DNA from: Candidatus Bathyarchaeia archaeon
Lineage (GTDB): Archaea > Thermoproteota > Bathyarchaeia > TCS64
Assembly: GCA_050014495.1 (NCBI GenBank)
Contig: JBEKDF010000002.1
Coordinates: 64,001 to 128,000 of the forward strand
Reading direction: 5' to 3'
Length of the DNA stretch: 64,000 nucleotides
Shown here: positions 20,728-30,263 of the stretch, one piece after another
Layout of the letters: the number at the start of each line of letters is the position of its first letter
How positions within the stretch are numbered: the first letter of the stretch is position 1
Translations under genes and position numbers: made by a program
Notes under the pieces: generated by a model
Database searches by the model: none
The model's input: only the letters and a program-made list of their open reading frames with translations
What the model was told of the DNA's origin: nothing

Positions 20728-20997
20728 CTACCTCTTACGGTATACGCGGAACTTTACGTCGTTCCACCTGTCAGGACACTCATACTTGAACTCCTCCGGG
20801 TCGACCCATGGTATCTTGCCGCCGTAGCAGCAGTTCATCAGCGTCGGGAAGAGGTCGTGGTAGCAATATCCACAGATCCCGCCAGTCTTGTGTGTGTTCA
20901 CCTCGAACCTGTCCCCTACTTTGTGGCTAGCGTTGCACTCTTTCGCGACGTGTGTAACCTCGGCTACGTAGACTGGTTCGTCCGACAATTCCTTCAC
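20728..20997 (-). CDS. Small Cys-containing protein (TIGR04076-like)
   Basis: C..HKVGD.F, GIC, CPD...VKF pattern. Confidence 0.7.
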   Translation of the reverse strand: MKELSDEPVYVAEVTHVAKECNASHKVGDRFEVNTHKTGGICGYCYHDLFPTLMNCCYGGKIPWVDPEEFKYECPDRWNDVKFRVYRKR

Positions 20998-21073
20998 CGG
21001 ATGAACCTATATGGGGAGTGTACTAAAGCGATTCGGGGGAGGGGTTTTAGCCACCGGACCCTGTTCAATACTC

Positions 21074-21964
21074 ATGACGCTTTACAACGAGATAGTCAAG
21101 GAAACGAAGGGATTCGAGAAGGTGCTGGGCGTCGCTGTGAAGCACCTAGGGACTGGTGAGGAGGCGGGCTTCAATGGGGACGAGCTGTTCCCGACTGCGA
21201 GCGTCTTCAAGGTCCCAGTCATCGTTGAGCTGTACAGACAGGTTGAGGCGGGGAGGCTAAGCCTCGACGACAAGCTGGTGTTGAAGGACTCGGTTAAGGT
21301 CCCTGGCTCTGGCATCCTGAAGGAACTCAGCGAGGGACTTGAGGTCACCGTCAGGGATCTGAGCCAGCTGATGATGATCCTGAGCGATAATACAGCAACC
21401 GACATTATAGTGGAGAGGGTTGGGAAGGAGAACGTCACCGCGGCGATGCGGAGGCTGGGGCTAAGGAACACCTTGGTAGTTGCCGACTGCAGGGACATGC
21501 TCTTCGACCTCGTGGGGGAGAACGGTCTGCCAGATGAAGAAAAGACCTTGGACCTCTACCTCAAGTTGGCGAAGTTGGGGACGAATAAGGGGTCTTGGAG
21601 CCTCGGGACGGAGAGGAACAACATTACGACACCCGTGGAGATGAATCGACTTCTGGGCTTCATCGTAGATGCTACAGCGGCGGGGAGAGCGAGCTGCGAT
21701 GCGATCCTAGCCACGATGGGGAAGTGCCAGACAGGGGAGTATAGGGTGCCAAAATACCTCCCATCAGAGAAGGTGAGAATGCAGAGGAAGACTGGAAGCC
21801 TACCGGGGATCAGAAATGACGTGGGTGTCATTACGATCCTTGCGACTGGGGAGAAGTATTGCTTCAGCTGCTTCACAAAGGGAGCGTTGGATGTCTACGC
21901 GGTGGAGGAGGCAATAGCCAGGGTCAGCAGGAACGTCTACCAGTACTTCACCAGTGGGAAGTAG
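21074..21964 (+). CDS. Class A beta-lactamase-like serine hydrolase, no signal peptide
   Basis: ASVFK (SxxK), SDN, KTG, RNDVG. Confidence 0.88.
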   Translation: MTLYNEIVKETKGFEKVLGVAVKHLGTGEEAGFNGDELFPTASVFKVPVIVELYRQVEAGRLSLDDKLVLKDSVKVPGSGILKELSEGLEVTVRDLSQLMMILSDNTATDIIVERVGKENVTAAMRRLGLRNTLVVADCRDMLFDLVGENGLPDEEKTLDLYLKLAKLGTNKGSWSLGTERNNITTPVEMNRLLGFIVDATAAGRASCDAILATMGKCQTGEYRVPKYLPSEKVRMQRKTGSLPGIRNDVGVITILATGEKYCFSCFTKGALDVYAVEEAIARVSRNVYQYFTSGK

Positions 21965-22262
21965 CGATACATTGCGGACTACTATTTATCACGAATTTGG
22001 GTTTATTTCGGCACTCAACTCGACCTTTTTTCTGCGTCGGGCTTAAATTTTTGGGAAAAATGATTTACAAGCACCAACCTAAAACATGTTTACACACTTA
22101 TGTGCTTAAGCACCTAAATACATGTCCTTATAAGTGGGTATGTGCATATGTGTATTTGCGGGTAAGCAAGGAGAGTTAAGTGAGCCGCAGAATCCTGTGG
22201 GTGACTTGCTTGCCAGAAGACCGTTTAGCGCGGTGCAGGAAAAAGGATAGTTGAGATAGAAG

Positions 22263-22412
22263 ATGGGTCGAATAAACGTGGAACTCTCGGACGATATTGA
22301 GAAGAAGCTCCGGTTTAAGACGATCGAGGAGTTCGGCGGGAAAAAGGGGGACCTCTCACGGGCGATAGAGGAAGCCGTGAAGAAGTGGGTCACCCCAGAA
22401 CAGGACGCATAA
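22263..22412 (+). CDS. Small ribbon-helix-helix (CopG-like) protein, 49 aa; not in ORF track
   Basis: MGRINVELSDDIEKKLRFKTIEEFGGKKGDLSRAIEEAVKKWVTPEQDA: alternating beta strand followed by two helices. Confidence 0.78.
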   Translation: MGRINVELSDDIEKKLRFKTIEEFGGKKGDLSRAIEEAVKKWVTPEQDA

Positions 22413-22564
22413 AGGGACACGTCGGTAGCTAACCCGAATAAGGTAATCGGCCCCCTCCGCGGGCGCGGTGCAAAATGAGTGCACTATTAGAAGCGCACGC
22501 GGGGGATAGATAGGCACCCGGTTTCTATGGGAAGAATAGCAAGTGAAGGAAGAAGAAAAAAACA

Positions 22565-23026
22565 ATGACAATTCAAAACATGAACGCGGATGAACGCAGA
22601 TTGATGATACTCAGGGGAATAGGGCAGGACCACACAACCATAGAGATCGCCGCCGAGATGGGTGTCAGGAAATGGATGGTGCTAAACGACCTAAGAGCGA
22701 TGAACTACAGTAGAGACCCTGAGCTCAAACAGGCCTACCTCGATAAGGAGACACGAGCACACGCCGGTAAACTGTCGCTGGTCAACATAAGGGATGAGAG
22801 GTTCCACAATATGACTGGGATGACCTTCCAAGAGAAGAACTTCGAGAACATGATTAATTACTACAAGGCGGAGCTAGATTTGATATACAAGTCGAAAGAC
22901 GAGTTCACCGCTATCACGGGTCTATCTGGTGATATTCGTAAGACACTGAAGCGCAACGATATCCTAACAGGGCACAGAGGCAAGATCCAGCTTACAGCGA
23001 AGGCACGCGACTATCTCAGAAACTAG
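22565..23026 (+). CDS. Hypothetical protein with N-terminal HTH-like segment
   Basis: TTIEIAAEMGVRKWMVLNDL. Confidence 0.65.
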   Translation: MTIQNMNADERRLMILRGIGQDHTTIEIAAEMGVRKWMVLNDLRAMNYSRDPELKQAYLDKETRAHAGKLSLVNIRDERFHNMTGMTFQEKNFENMINYYKAELDLIYKSKDEFTAITGLSGDIRKTLKRNDILTGHRGKIQLTAKARDYLRN

Positions 23027-23036
23027 GTGAGACTAA

Positions 23037-23321
23037 TTGAGTTTCGAACAAGTGGAACGCATATCATACAACAAGAATCCCCAAGGGAGACCCGACTCTA
23101 AGACCGTCTTCTCTGATGTAATAAAATATCTGCCAAACGATCTCCTCATAGGGATCACGATTCTGCTACAGGACACGGGCTACATTACTATTAGGCCTAT
23201 AAAATTGGCGAGGATGGATTGGTCCCGGCTCGATAGAAGTGTGAAGAAGATGGGTGGTATATGGGTTTCCAGCACAAGCCTAAGTCACTGGAGCATCCCG
23301 CTGACACGTCTCAACCAGTAA
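23037..23321 (+). CDS. Hypothetical protein
   Basis: AGGTGA SD before TTG start; follows the previous gene directly. Confidence 0.6.
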   Translation: MSFEQVERISYNKNPQGRPDSKTVFSDVIKYLPNDLLIGITILLQDTGYITIRPIKLARMDWSRLDRSVKKMGGIWVSSTSLSHWSIPLTRLNQ

Positions 23322-23482
23322 TAATAACACTTTTCTTAATTATTCGAGTGACATAGGGATAGTGTAGCGCGCCCTTGACCCGATGAAGCGCTAATTGGTC
23401 CCGTTTCATTAGCGATTCAGCAGAACCGGACAGGGACGGGACCCACTTCAGCTATTGAAAAGGATATCCACTATCCCTTTAC

Positions 23483-23809
23483 TCATTTGTCCTTCTCCTC
23501 GTCTTCCCCGCGCTCTTCCTCCTCCTTCTCCTCAGGAGTCTCTATGGCAAATTCTTCTTCGTTTTCCCATTCTTCCCTATCTTCTTTCTCATCCTCTTGG
23601 TCCTCCTCATCTTCTTTTTCGGTTTCTTCCTCGTCGTGTTCTTTTTCCTGTTCTTCCTCGTGCTCGGCCTCACGGTTTTCGTTATCCTTCTCTGAACAGG
23701 TGATGATCATCTTATCATCGGGTGAGTCTTCATCATCGTGGAACAGCACCTTGATTGTCCCGCACGGATACAATTCTTTCACTACTTCGTAGACGCCGCA
23801 TTCTTGCAT
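23483..23809 (-). CDS. Very acidic low-complexity protein
   Basis: ATG start, short Cys-containing head, then an E/D-rich tail. Confidence 0.55.
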   Translation of the reverse strand: MQECGVYEVVKELYPCGTIKVLFHDDEDSPDDKMIITCSEKDNENREAEHEEEQEKEHDEEETEKEDEEDQEDEKEDREEWENEEEFAIETPEEKEEEERGEDEEKDK

Positions 23810-23924
23810 GGTTAGTCAGTGGAAATTCCCAAACTTTAATCCTCCTGATCCCAAGCGCGCGCTTGCTAGTAGTTCGTCCTAGCTTTCAGGGATTATACGC
23901 ACGGAAGAATGAGAAAATTGTGTT

Positions 23925-25115
23925 CTAGGGTGTGCTATCCGGGCTTTGGTCTCGTTGGGACTGTTCCCTGTTATTTTCTCCGCGTCGGGCAGTGTGGGGG
24001 CCACTTTTTGTCTTCATCATCTCTTTCTCGAGTGTGTTGAGCATGTCTTCGAATGTTTGCAGCATATCGAACCCTTCTCCGTGGGCGTTTATCTGCTCGG
24101 TGGCGCTGATGACCCTCGCCGACATCTCGTACCTGTTTCGCTCCCCTCCTTCGTTCGTCTTCTTGATGACTATCGAGACCTCACTTATATTCGGGTGGAC
24201 CCTCATCCCCTTCTTAATGACTCGGTCGACCTTAGCCTCGGCTTCAGCTCGGTCGAAAAAGTCCTCTTTACTGAGTCCAACTATTTGGATGGGTAACTCC
24301 TTGGTTAGGGGGCGTCTTGCTATGAGAGCAAGTAGCTCACGAGGGGTGATTATGCCTTGGATCATACCCTGGTCTATTAACAAGCAGGCGCTCTTCGTCC
24401 TGTCCCTAAAGCCGCGAGCGACTTCGAGGGCTGAGGCGTCGACGCCAACCGTCAGCGGCTGCTCGTCCATTATCCCGCCCAGCTCACCCCTATACTTGGC
24501 TGTGTTCTCACTGGGCTTCTCACCCAGCTTGCTGCGCCCCTGAGGTTTGAGGAATATCTGAATGAGGTCCTGCGCTGTAACCATGCCGACGAGCTTTCCG
24601 TCACGGGTTACGGGGATGTGGCTGAATCCCTTATCGAGCATGGTGCTCCGCGCCTTCGAGATCGCCTCCTTGGCATCCATGCTAGTCACCGGCGTCTTAG
24701 CCAGGTCCTTCGCTGGGAATGCCTCCAGTTCGGGGCTGTCGGCCATAGCCTTTACTATATCGAGTTGGGAAATGATTCCCACGGGTTTGGCCCCCTCAAC
24801 AACGGGGAGAGCCCTCTCGTTTATCCTGACTAGCTCAGCCGCTACGCCGGTCACGATACTATCCGGTGTGACCTGCGTTAGGGGCTTCCATAGATGCACA
24901 AGCTTTGTGCTCTCGGGCCGAGAGACGTTGAGTAGGTGTCTGAGGGTAATCAGGCCGACCTTGTCTCCCGCTTGTACCGCTGCCTCGTAGCGGCCCGTCC
25001 TCTCAAGTTCACCGAGGACCCTGCTAACGGATTCTTCGGGTGAGAAGAGTACAAGACGCTTGTCGAGAAGTGTGGAGATCTCTGTTCGGCCCAATTCATC
25101 GAGGCTCTTTGTCAT
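23925..25115 (-). CDS. Four-CBS protein with C-terminal HPF/RaiA-like domain (candidate ribosome hibernation factor)
   Basis: Four CBS repeats (GLIT, GIIS, GMVT, GIIT); C-terminal LPIQIVG...ISEVSIVIKK...YEMSARV...AHGEGFDMLQTFEDMLNTLEKEM. Confidence 0.75.
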   Translation of the reverse strand: MTKSLDELGRTEISTLLDKRLVLFSPEESVSRVLGELERTGRYEAAVQAGDKVGLITLRHLLNVSRPESTKLVHLWKPLTQVTPDSIVTGVAAELVRINERALPVVEGAKPVGIISQLDIVKAMADSPELEAFPAKDLAKTPVTSMDAKEAISKARSTMLDKGFSHIPVTRDGKLVGMVTAQDLIQIFLKPQGRSKLGEKPSENTAKYRGELGGIMDEQPLTVGVDASALEVARGFRDRTKSACLLIDQGMIQGIITPRELLALIARRPLTKELPIQIVGLSKEDFFDRAEAEAKVDRVIKKGMRVHPNISEVSIVIKKTNEGGERNRYEMSARVISATEQINAHGEGFDMLQTFEDMLNTLEKEMMKTKSGPHTARRGENNREQSQRDQSPDSTP

Positions 25116-25277
25116 GGTGAAAACACTGATCGATCTGAGGAATTGAAGGATTTATACCCTCCCCGACGACGTGAAACAATTTCTTCGTTGAATTGATTTC
25201 CTCTTTTTCCAATCCTCGAGCAGTCTACGCCTCGGTATCCTTTTAGTCGATACCTCCTCTACTCTCTTGATATTTAC

Positions 25278-26015
25278 ATGTCACAGGTTGAGGGGCGTAA
25301 CCCGGTTCTTGAGACGCTGAAGCGTGGCGGGGTTCGTAAACTGCTCGTAGTCGAGGGGACGACGAGCGATCCCAAGGTGAAGGAGATCGTTGAGTTAGCT
25401 AAGAGGCGTGGAGCGCCGATCGAGTTCGTAGAGAAGCTTGTGTTGGATAAGATGACTGAGACGAATCACCACCAGGGGGTTATCGCCCTCGTTGAGGCCC
25501 CTGGATACGTCGCACTCAACCGCGTCATAGAGAAGGCGGGGAGGGAGCCCTGCGTGATCATCCTCGACGGTGTGCAGGACCCCCAGAACTTTGGCAGCAT
25601 ACTCCGCACAGCGGACGCGACTGGGGTTGATGTGATTCTCATCCCCAAGAAGGAGGGGGTCGGCCTAACCCCGACTGTTCTCCGCGTGAGCATGGGGGGA
25701 GGCGCTTATGTGCCAGTGGCAAAAGAGAACATCTACCCAGCCGTCAAATTCCTCAAGGACGAGGGCTTCAAGATAGTCGCTGTGGATACTTCCGGGGACA
25801 AGGACCTCTGGGAGGAGGACCTATCAAGTGCGGTTGCCTTCGTCTTCGGCAGTGAAGGGGAGGGGATAAGCCCCACCCTACGAGACAAGTGCGACTCAAT
25901 CGTCAAGATACCGATGAAAGGCCACGTCTCCAGCCTCAACGTCGGCGTCTCAGCAGCCGTGGTACTATATGAGCGGCTTCGCCAGCGCCAGGCTAAGCAG
26001 CAACGACATGCATGA
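25278..26015 (+). CDS. rlmB: SPOUT rRNA 2'-O-methyltransferase (RlmB/TrmH family)
   Basis: EGRNPV, HQGVIA, DPQNFGSILR, GSEGEG, IPMKG..SSLNV. Confidence 0.88.
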   Translation: MSQVEGRNPVLETLKRGGVRKLLVVEGTTSDPKVKEIVELAKRRGAPIEFVEKLVLDKMTETNHHQGVIALVEAPGYVALNRVIEKAGREPCVIILDGVQDPQNFGSILRTADATGVDVILIPKKEGVGLTPTVLRVSMGGGAYVPVAKENIYPAVKFLKDEGFKIVAVDTSGDKDLWEEDLSSAVAFVFGSEGEGISPTLRDKCDSIVKIPMKGHVSSLNVGVSAAVVLYERLRQRQAKQQRHA

Positions 26016-26038
26016 GGACCGCTTTTACCAGGTTTTGA

Positions 26039-27118
26039 TTAATCTTGCAGCGCCCCCTCTACTTCGAGTAGACGCTTCTTCCTCTCAATACCCCACCTGT
26101 AGCCACTGAGGCCTCCCCCCTTCCTGACGACGCGGTGGCATGGGATTATGAGTGAGACAGGGTTCGTGGCGCAGGCCCTGCTTACGGCTCGGGCAGCAGT
26201 TGGCTGTCCTATCGAGCGGGCCACATCCTCGTAGCTGCGTGTCGAGCCTCGGGGGATGGCTTGGAGCTCCCTCCAGACTCTGTTCTGGAAGTCCGTCCCG
26301 GCCACGTCGAGGGGGATGTCACCTAGCTGGGTCGCCCTCCCCGCGAGGTAGTCGAGGACCTCCATGGTCCAAGGGTCGGGTTTTCCTTCATCTCTCAATA
26401 TCTCCGCCGCTGAGTACTCATTTCGCAGTGCCTCCTCCTGCACCGCGTCCCCGTCGCCGAGACTCAGGTGGCAGACACCGTGGCTCGTCCGGGCGACGAG
26501 GAGCCTCCCGAGGGGGGAGTCAACGACCCTGTACTTGATCTTCATGCCCTCCCCGGCCCGCCGGTAGGCGCCGGGTGTCATCCCGAGCTTCGCATTAGCG
26601 TCCTTGTACAACCAGCTAGTAGAACCGTAGCCAACGCCATAAACTGCCTGGGTGATGGGCTCCCCCTGCTTCAGCTTCTGCTTCAGGTGCTCTACCCTGC
26701 AGGCCTCATGGTACTGGTGTGGGCTGAGTCCCATCACCTTCTTGAAGGTCCTCTGGAGGTGTGGCACGCTTATGCCGACCTCCGATGCGAGGTCCTCGAG
26801 GGTTATCCTGTCCTCCTGGTTCCTGCGGATGTATTCGCACGCCTTCTTCACCCAGGCCAGCTGGGGGGAATCGTGTTCACGTGGATTGCATCTTAGGCAT
26901 GGGCGGTAACCTGCGGCCTCGGCTGCCTCCGGGGTCGGATAGAAGGCTACGTTTTCCCTCTTAGGATGCCTGCTGGGGCAGGAGGGGCGGCAGTAGATGC
27001 CAGTCGTCCGTACGGCGACCACGAACATCCCATCAAACAAGGCATCCCTATTCTCTACTGCACTCCACATTTCAGCTTCACCAATCATTTTATTCCTCTC
27101 CGCCGCCATCCTCGCCAC
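26039..27118 (-). CDS. ada: Bifunctional Ada (Zn/AraC domain plus O6-methylguanine methyltransferase)
   Basis: TTGIYCRPSC, RPCLRC, AraC-type HTH, PCHRV. Confidence 0.95.
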   Translation of the reverse strand: MARMAAERNKMIGEAEMWSAVENRDALFDGMFVVAVRTTGIYCRPSCPSRHPKRENVAFYPTPEAAEAAGYRPCLRCNPREHDSPQLAWVKKACEYIRRNQEDRITLEDLASEVGISVPHLQRTFKKVMGLSPHQYHEACRVEHLKQKLKQGEPITQAVYGVGYGSTSWLYKDANAKLGMTPGAYRRAGEGMKIKYRVVDSPLGRLLVARTSHGVCHLSLGDGDAVQEEALRNEYSAAEILRDEGKPDPWTMEVLDYLAGRATQLGDIPLDVAGTDFQNRVWRELQAIPRGSTRSYEDVARSIGQPTAARAVSRACATNPVSLIIPCHRVVRKGGGLSGYRWGIERKKRLLEVEGALQD

Positions 27119-27216
27119 CTCAGAGGTGGGGCTCTTTTAATGCTTTGAGTCTGAATCTTGCGGTCAAAGCCGACGGGGAACGTTTTTAATTTGGTCTCTC
27201 CGGTTTGAATTCGGGT

Positions 27217-27408
27217 ATGTCCAAGGGACCGCGGCCCAGCTGCATAGGGATGCTCAGTGTGGACGAGGAGTGTCAGGAGTGCGAGTGGAAGCCCGAGTGC
27301 GAGGCCCTCTTAAAGCAGGTGGAAGCGGACGTTTACCGCGCAGGGACACATATTCGAATAACGGGGAAGTACAAGGAGCGGAAGTACAAGCCAAAGAAGA
27401 TGCCCTAA
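27217..27408 (+). CDS. Small Cys4 metal-binding hypothetical protein
   Basis: C-x8-C-x2-C-x5-C; TATA-like TTTTTAAT upstream. Confidence 0.6.
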   Translation: MSKGPRPSCIGMLSVDEECQECEWKPECEALLKQVEADVYRAGTHIRITGKYKERKYKPKKMP

Positions 27409-28164
27409 CTACTTCCTTCTGATAACCAGATAGTTGAAGTTATTCGACCCCACGAGTGGCTCCCCGGTTTCATGGTCAAACCAACCAATCACCTTAAGCC
27501 TATTTCCCTCCAGCAAGCTGGTGAGCTCCTCCCCCGGGATGATCACGGTCTCGGACTCATCCGTTATCACCCTCCTCTCCCCCTTTTCCTCAACCTCCAT
27601 CGTTATCCTCTCAACAAGGGTCCTGGATTCGGCATCCCTTAGTCGCGGCTCGTAGGTGGTCTTGACCCTAACGCCACCCCGCTCCATCTCCCAGTGCTGA
27701 GGATGAATAGCCTCCTCATAGGTCCACCCCAGCCGGTAGTTCTCGACTATGTAGAGGCCACCCTGCCTAAGTGCTGAGGCTATTGAGGCCAGGTGTTTCC
27801 ACATATTCTCCTTAGAGCCTACGAGGGAGATAGTGCCCATGAGGTTGATAACGAGGTCTACCTTATCCCCAACCCTGAAGTCAACCATGTCTCCCTCAAA
27901 AGTCTCCACGATCACGCATTCCTCGAGAGCCCTTTTTCGGAGGTGGGCAAGCATCATTGGATTGATGTCCAAGCCGATCGCGTCGTAACCACGCTTCGCT
28001 AGCTCCCTGAGCTGCGGGCTAGGGCCACACCCTACGTCAAGCACCCTACTGAGACCTACACCCGAGTACCTCTTCACAAACTCCAGCAGAAGGTCCACTT
28101 GCTTACAAATGTCTACGAAGCAGAAGGCTACCTCGTAAATGTTTGGGTCGTCGTAGGCACCCAT
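27409..28164 (-). CDS. Class I SAM-dependent methyltransferase
   Basis: VLDVGCG, GLDIN, GDM, LRQGG. Confidence 0.88.
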   Translation of the reverse strand: MGAYDDPNIYEVAFCFVDICKQVDLLLEFVKRYSGVGLSRVLDVGCGPSPQLRELAKRGYDAIGLDINPMMLAHLRKRALEECVIVETFEGDMVDFRVGDKVDLVINLMGTISLVGSKENMWKHLASIASALRQGGLYIVENYRLGWTYEEAIHPQHWEMERGGVRVKTTYEPRLRDAESRTLVERITMEVEEKGERRVITDESETVIIPGEELTSLLEGNRLKVIGWFDHETGEPLVGSNNFNYLVIRRK

Positions 28165-28202
28165 GGGTGGGTTGAGACAGGCGAGTGTTTAAAGATCAAG
28201 GG

Positions 28203-30263
28203 TCAGCCGTAGGCGAGCTCCTGACTCACCCTGCTTTCCCCGTCAGACTTCGTGACCCTTATGAGGTTGACTCCCTCCTCCTCCCCCTGCCCGTGGTGGG
28301 TGACTAGCAGGACCTGCCCGATCTCCCTGCTCCCCTGCGCGATGTACTCTAACAGGTGTGGGACGTTCTCCGAGTCGACAGCGTCCGTTGGCTCGTCGAG
28401 GATCAGCAGGTATGGGAAGTTCCTGACCCTGAGGAGTGCGAGGCGCTCCGCCAATGCGAAGAGGCTCTGGTGGCCACCCCCAGCACGCCACGCTGGTAGG
28501 GGTCTCGGGCTACCCTTCGGTTGAACCTCAAGGGTGTACCTCTCCCTATCGATCCTGCAAGCTGAGTAGAGCTGCTGGTCCGTGAGTCGGCGGAAGTACT
28601 CGAAGGTCTGGTACTCGAGTAGACGCAGGGTGTTCTCGCGGAGGTCCATCTCATACGCCGCGTAGCGCTCCACGACACCGTCTAATGCCCTTATCTTCGC
28701 CTCGTACTCCGCCACCCTCTCCAGTTTCAATCTCGACTCCTTGAGTGTCTGCTCGACCCCCGCGAGCTGAGCACGCAACCTCTTCTCCGCTTGCTCCGCC
28801 TCTTGGAACCGGGCCTCCCTGTCCCTCACTATGCCGACTAGCTCCCTCTCCGCGGTGCGCAGGGTTTTGAGCTTCTCCTCGACACGTCTCTTTGCGTCAT
28901 CAAGTCCCTTCACGGGGCCAAACTCCTTCTCCACGAGCTCGAGGACGCCCTCGCTCCCAACCTCAAGCCTCTCGCTGAGTTTGCCTCCTGTCTCATCGTA
29001 CCTCTGGATGGCCCTCTTACCCTCATCGAGGCGTGCCCGCAGGTTGAGGAAACGGTCGACCGCCTTCTCCACTTCGACGCGCCTATTCGTTGCAACCTTC
29101 GCCTGCTTCCTCAGCTCCTCTATCTCAGCAGCATTAGCTGCTTCCTGCTTCTTTGCCGATTCGCGCTCTGCTACCCACTGGATGATGTCCTTCTCGATTG
29201 CTGCTGGATCGATTGGCTGCCCACACTTAGGGCAGACGGTGAGTCCCTTCGCAACGAGGTCCCTGTGCTCACTGATCTGGTGGTTGAGTCGGTCAACCGT
29301 CGCAGCCGCTACCCTGCGGCGCTGCTCCACATCCGCGTCACTGAGCTGTCGTAACCTTTCCTCCGTTGCCTTCGCCGTTGAGGCTCTGCTTTCCAGCTCC
29401 CGGAGGCGGAAGTCGGGGCTCTCCCCCATCTCCGAGGCGATGCCCTCCAGCTCTTCCTCCTTAGCCTCGCGTAGGCTCCTGTTCCTCTCGACCTCCTGCC
29501 TGATGCCGTCGAGTTCTTTAAAGTTGGTTTCGTAGCTTTCAAAGCGTTCAACGGCGTCCTTCGCGTTCTGGAGCTCAAAGCGACGCACCCCTAGCTCGGA
29601 GACTAGGGTGGCTTTCCTCCCCGTGATCTCGGTCAATTGAGCGCCACCCTCTTCTAGAGTCCTCTCCGCATTCCTAATCCTCTCCTCGTATGTGGGCTTA
29701 TTGTCGATGTCTCCACGCTGGCGGAGCTGCGCCTTGACCTCCCTGAGCTGCTCCCGTATCTCACTCGGGGCGGTGAGGCCGAGTATAGCATTCATCCTAC
29801 CCCTGTCCGGGTTGAGAATATCCACGAACTCCTTCTGCCTCGCGTAAACGACGTTGAAGAAGGTGCCACTGCTTATGCCGAGTAGCTCCCTGAGCCTGTC
29901 CTGCGCGTCACGCTCACGAGTAATAGGCGCCTTATCCCCATCAACAAACATTAGGAACTCCTTAGTCTTGAAGGTTTCATCCATCCCCTTCTTAGCGAGT
30001 GTCGCCTCCCTATGGATGGTGACCTTAATCCCCTTCGGCGTCCTGAAGATGAGTTCAACAAATAGGTCACCGCCCCCAACGGGGAGCAGATCCCTCTTCT
30101 CGACGCCGGGCACCTCGCCAAATAGGCTGAAGAGCACCGCCTCAAGGATCGTGGTCTTCCCCGAGGCGTTTCGCCCACTTATCTTATTCACTCCCCTCGT
30201 GAAGCGGATAGTTTGCTGGCTACGGTAGCTCTTGAAGCCACGGAGGGTTAGGGACTCGATCAA
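28203..30263 (-). CDS. rad50: Rad50-like SMC ATPase (short; atypical signature motif)
   Basis: GRNASGKTT, Q-loop YARQ, zinc hook CPKCG, LILDEPT, VTHH; operon context. Confidence 0.88.
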   Translation of the reverse strand: MIESLTLRGFKSYRSQQTIRFTRGVNKISGRNASGKTTILEAVLFSLFGEVPGVEKRDLLPVGGGDLFVELIFRTPKGIKVTIHREATLAKKGMDETFKTKEFLMFVDGDKAPITRERDAQDRLRELLGISSGTFFNVVYARQKEFVDILNPDRGRMNAILGLTAPSEIREQLREVKAQLRQRGDIDNKPTYEERIRNAERTLEEGGAQLTEITGRKATLVSELGVRRFELQNAKDAVERFESYETNFKELDGIRQEVERNRSLREAKEEELEGIASEMGESPDFRLRELESRASTAKATEERLRQLSDADVEQRRRVAAATVDRLNHQISEHRDLVAKGLTVCPKCGQPIDPAAIEKDIIQWVAERESAKKQEAANAAEIEELRKQAKVATNRRVEVEKAVDRFLNLRARLDEGKRAIQRYDETGGKLSERLEVGSEGVLELVEKEFGPVKGLDDAKRRVEEKLKTLRTAERELVGIVRDREARFQEAEQAEKRLRAQLAGVEQTLKESRLKLERVAEYEAKIRALDGVVERYAAYEMDLRENTLRLLEYQTFEYFRRLTDQQLYSACRIDRERYTLEVQPKGSPRPLPAWRAGGGHQSLFALAERLALLRVRNFPYLLILDEPTDAVDSENVPHLLEYIAQGSREIGQVLLVTHHGQGEEEGVNLIRVTKSDGESRVSQELAYG

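Noticed and set aside
21074..21964. True beta-lactam resistance gene
   Set aside because: No signal peptide and an archaeal host; more likely a cytoplasmic peptidase or esterase.
23487..23792. Ser-rich ORF
   Set aside because: Antisense shadow of the Glu-rich ORF.
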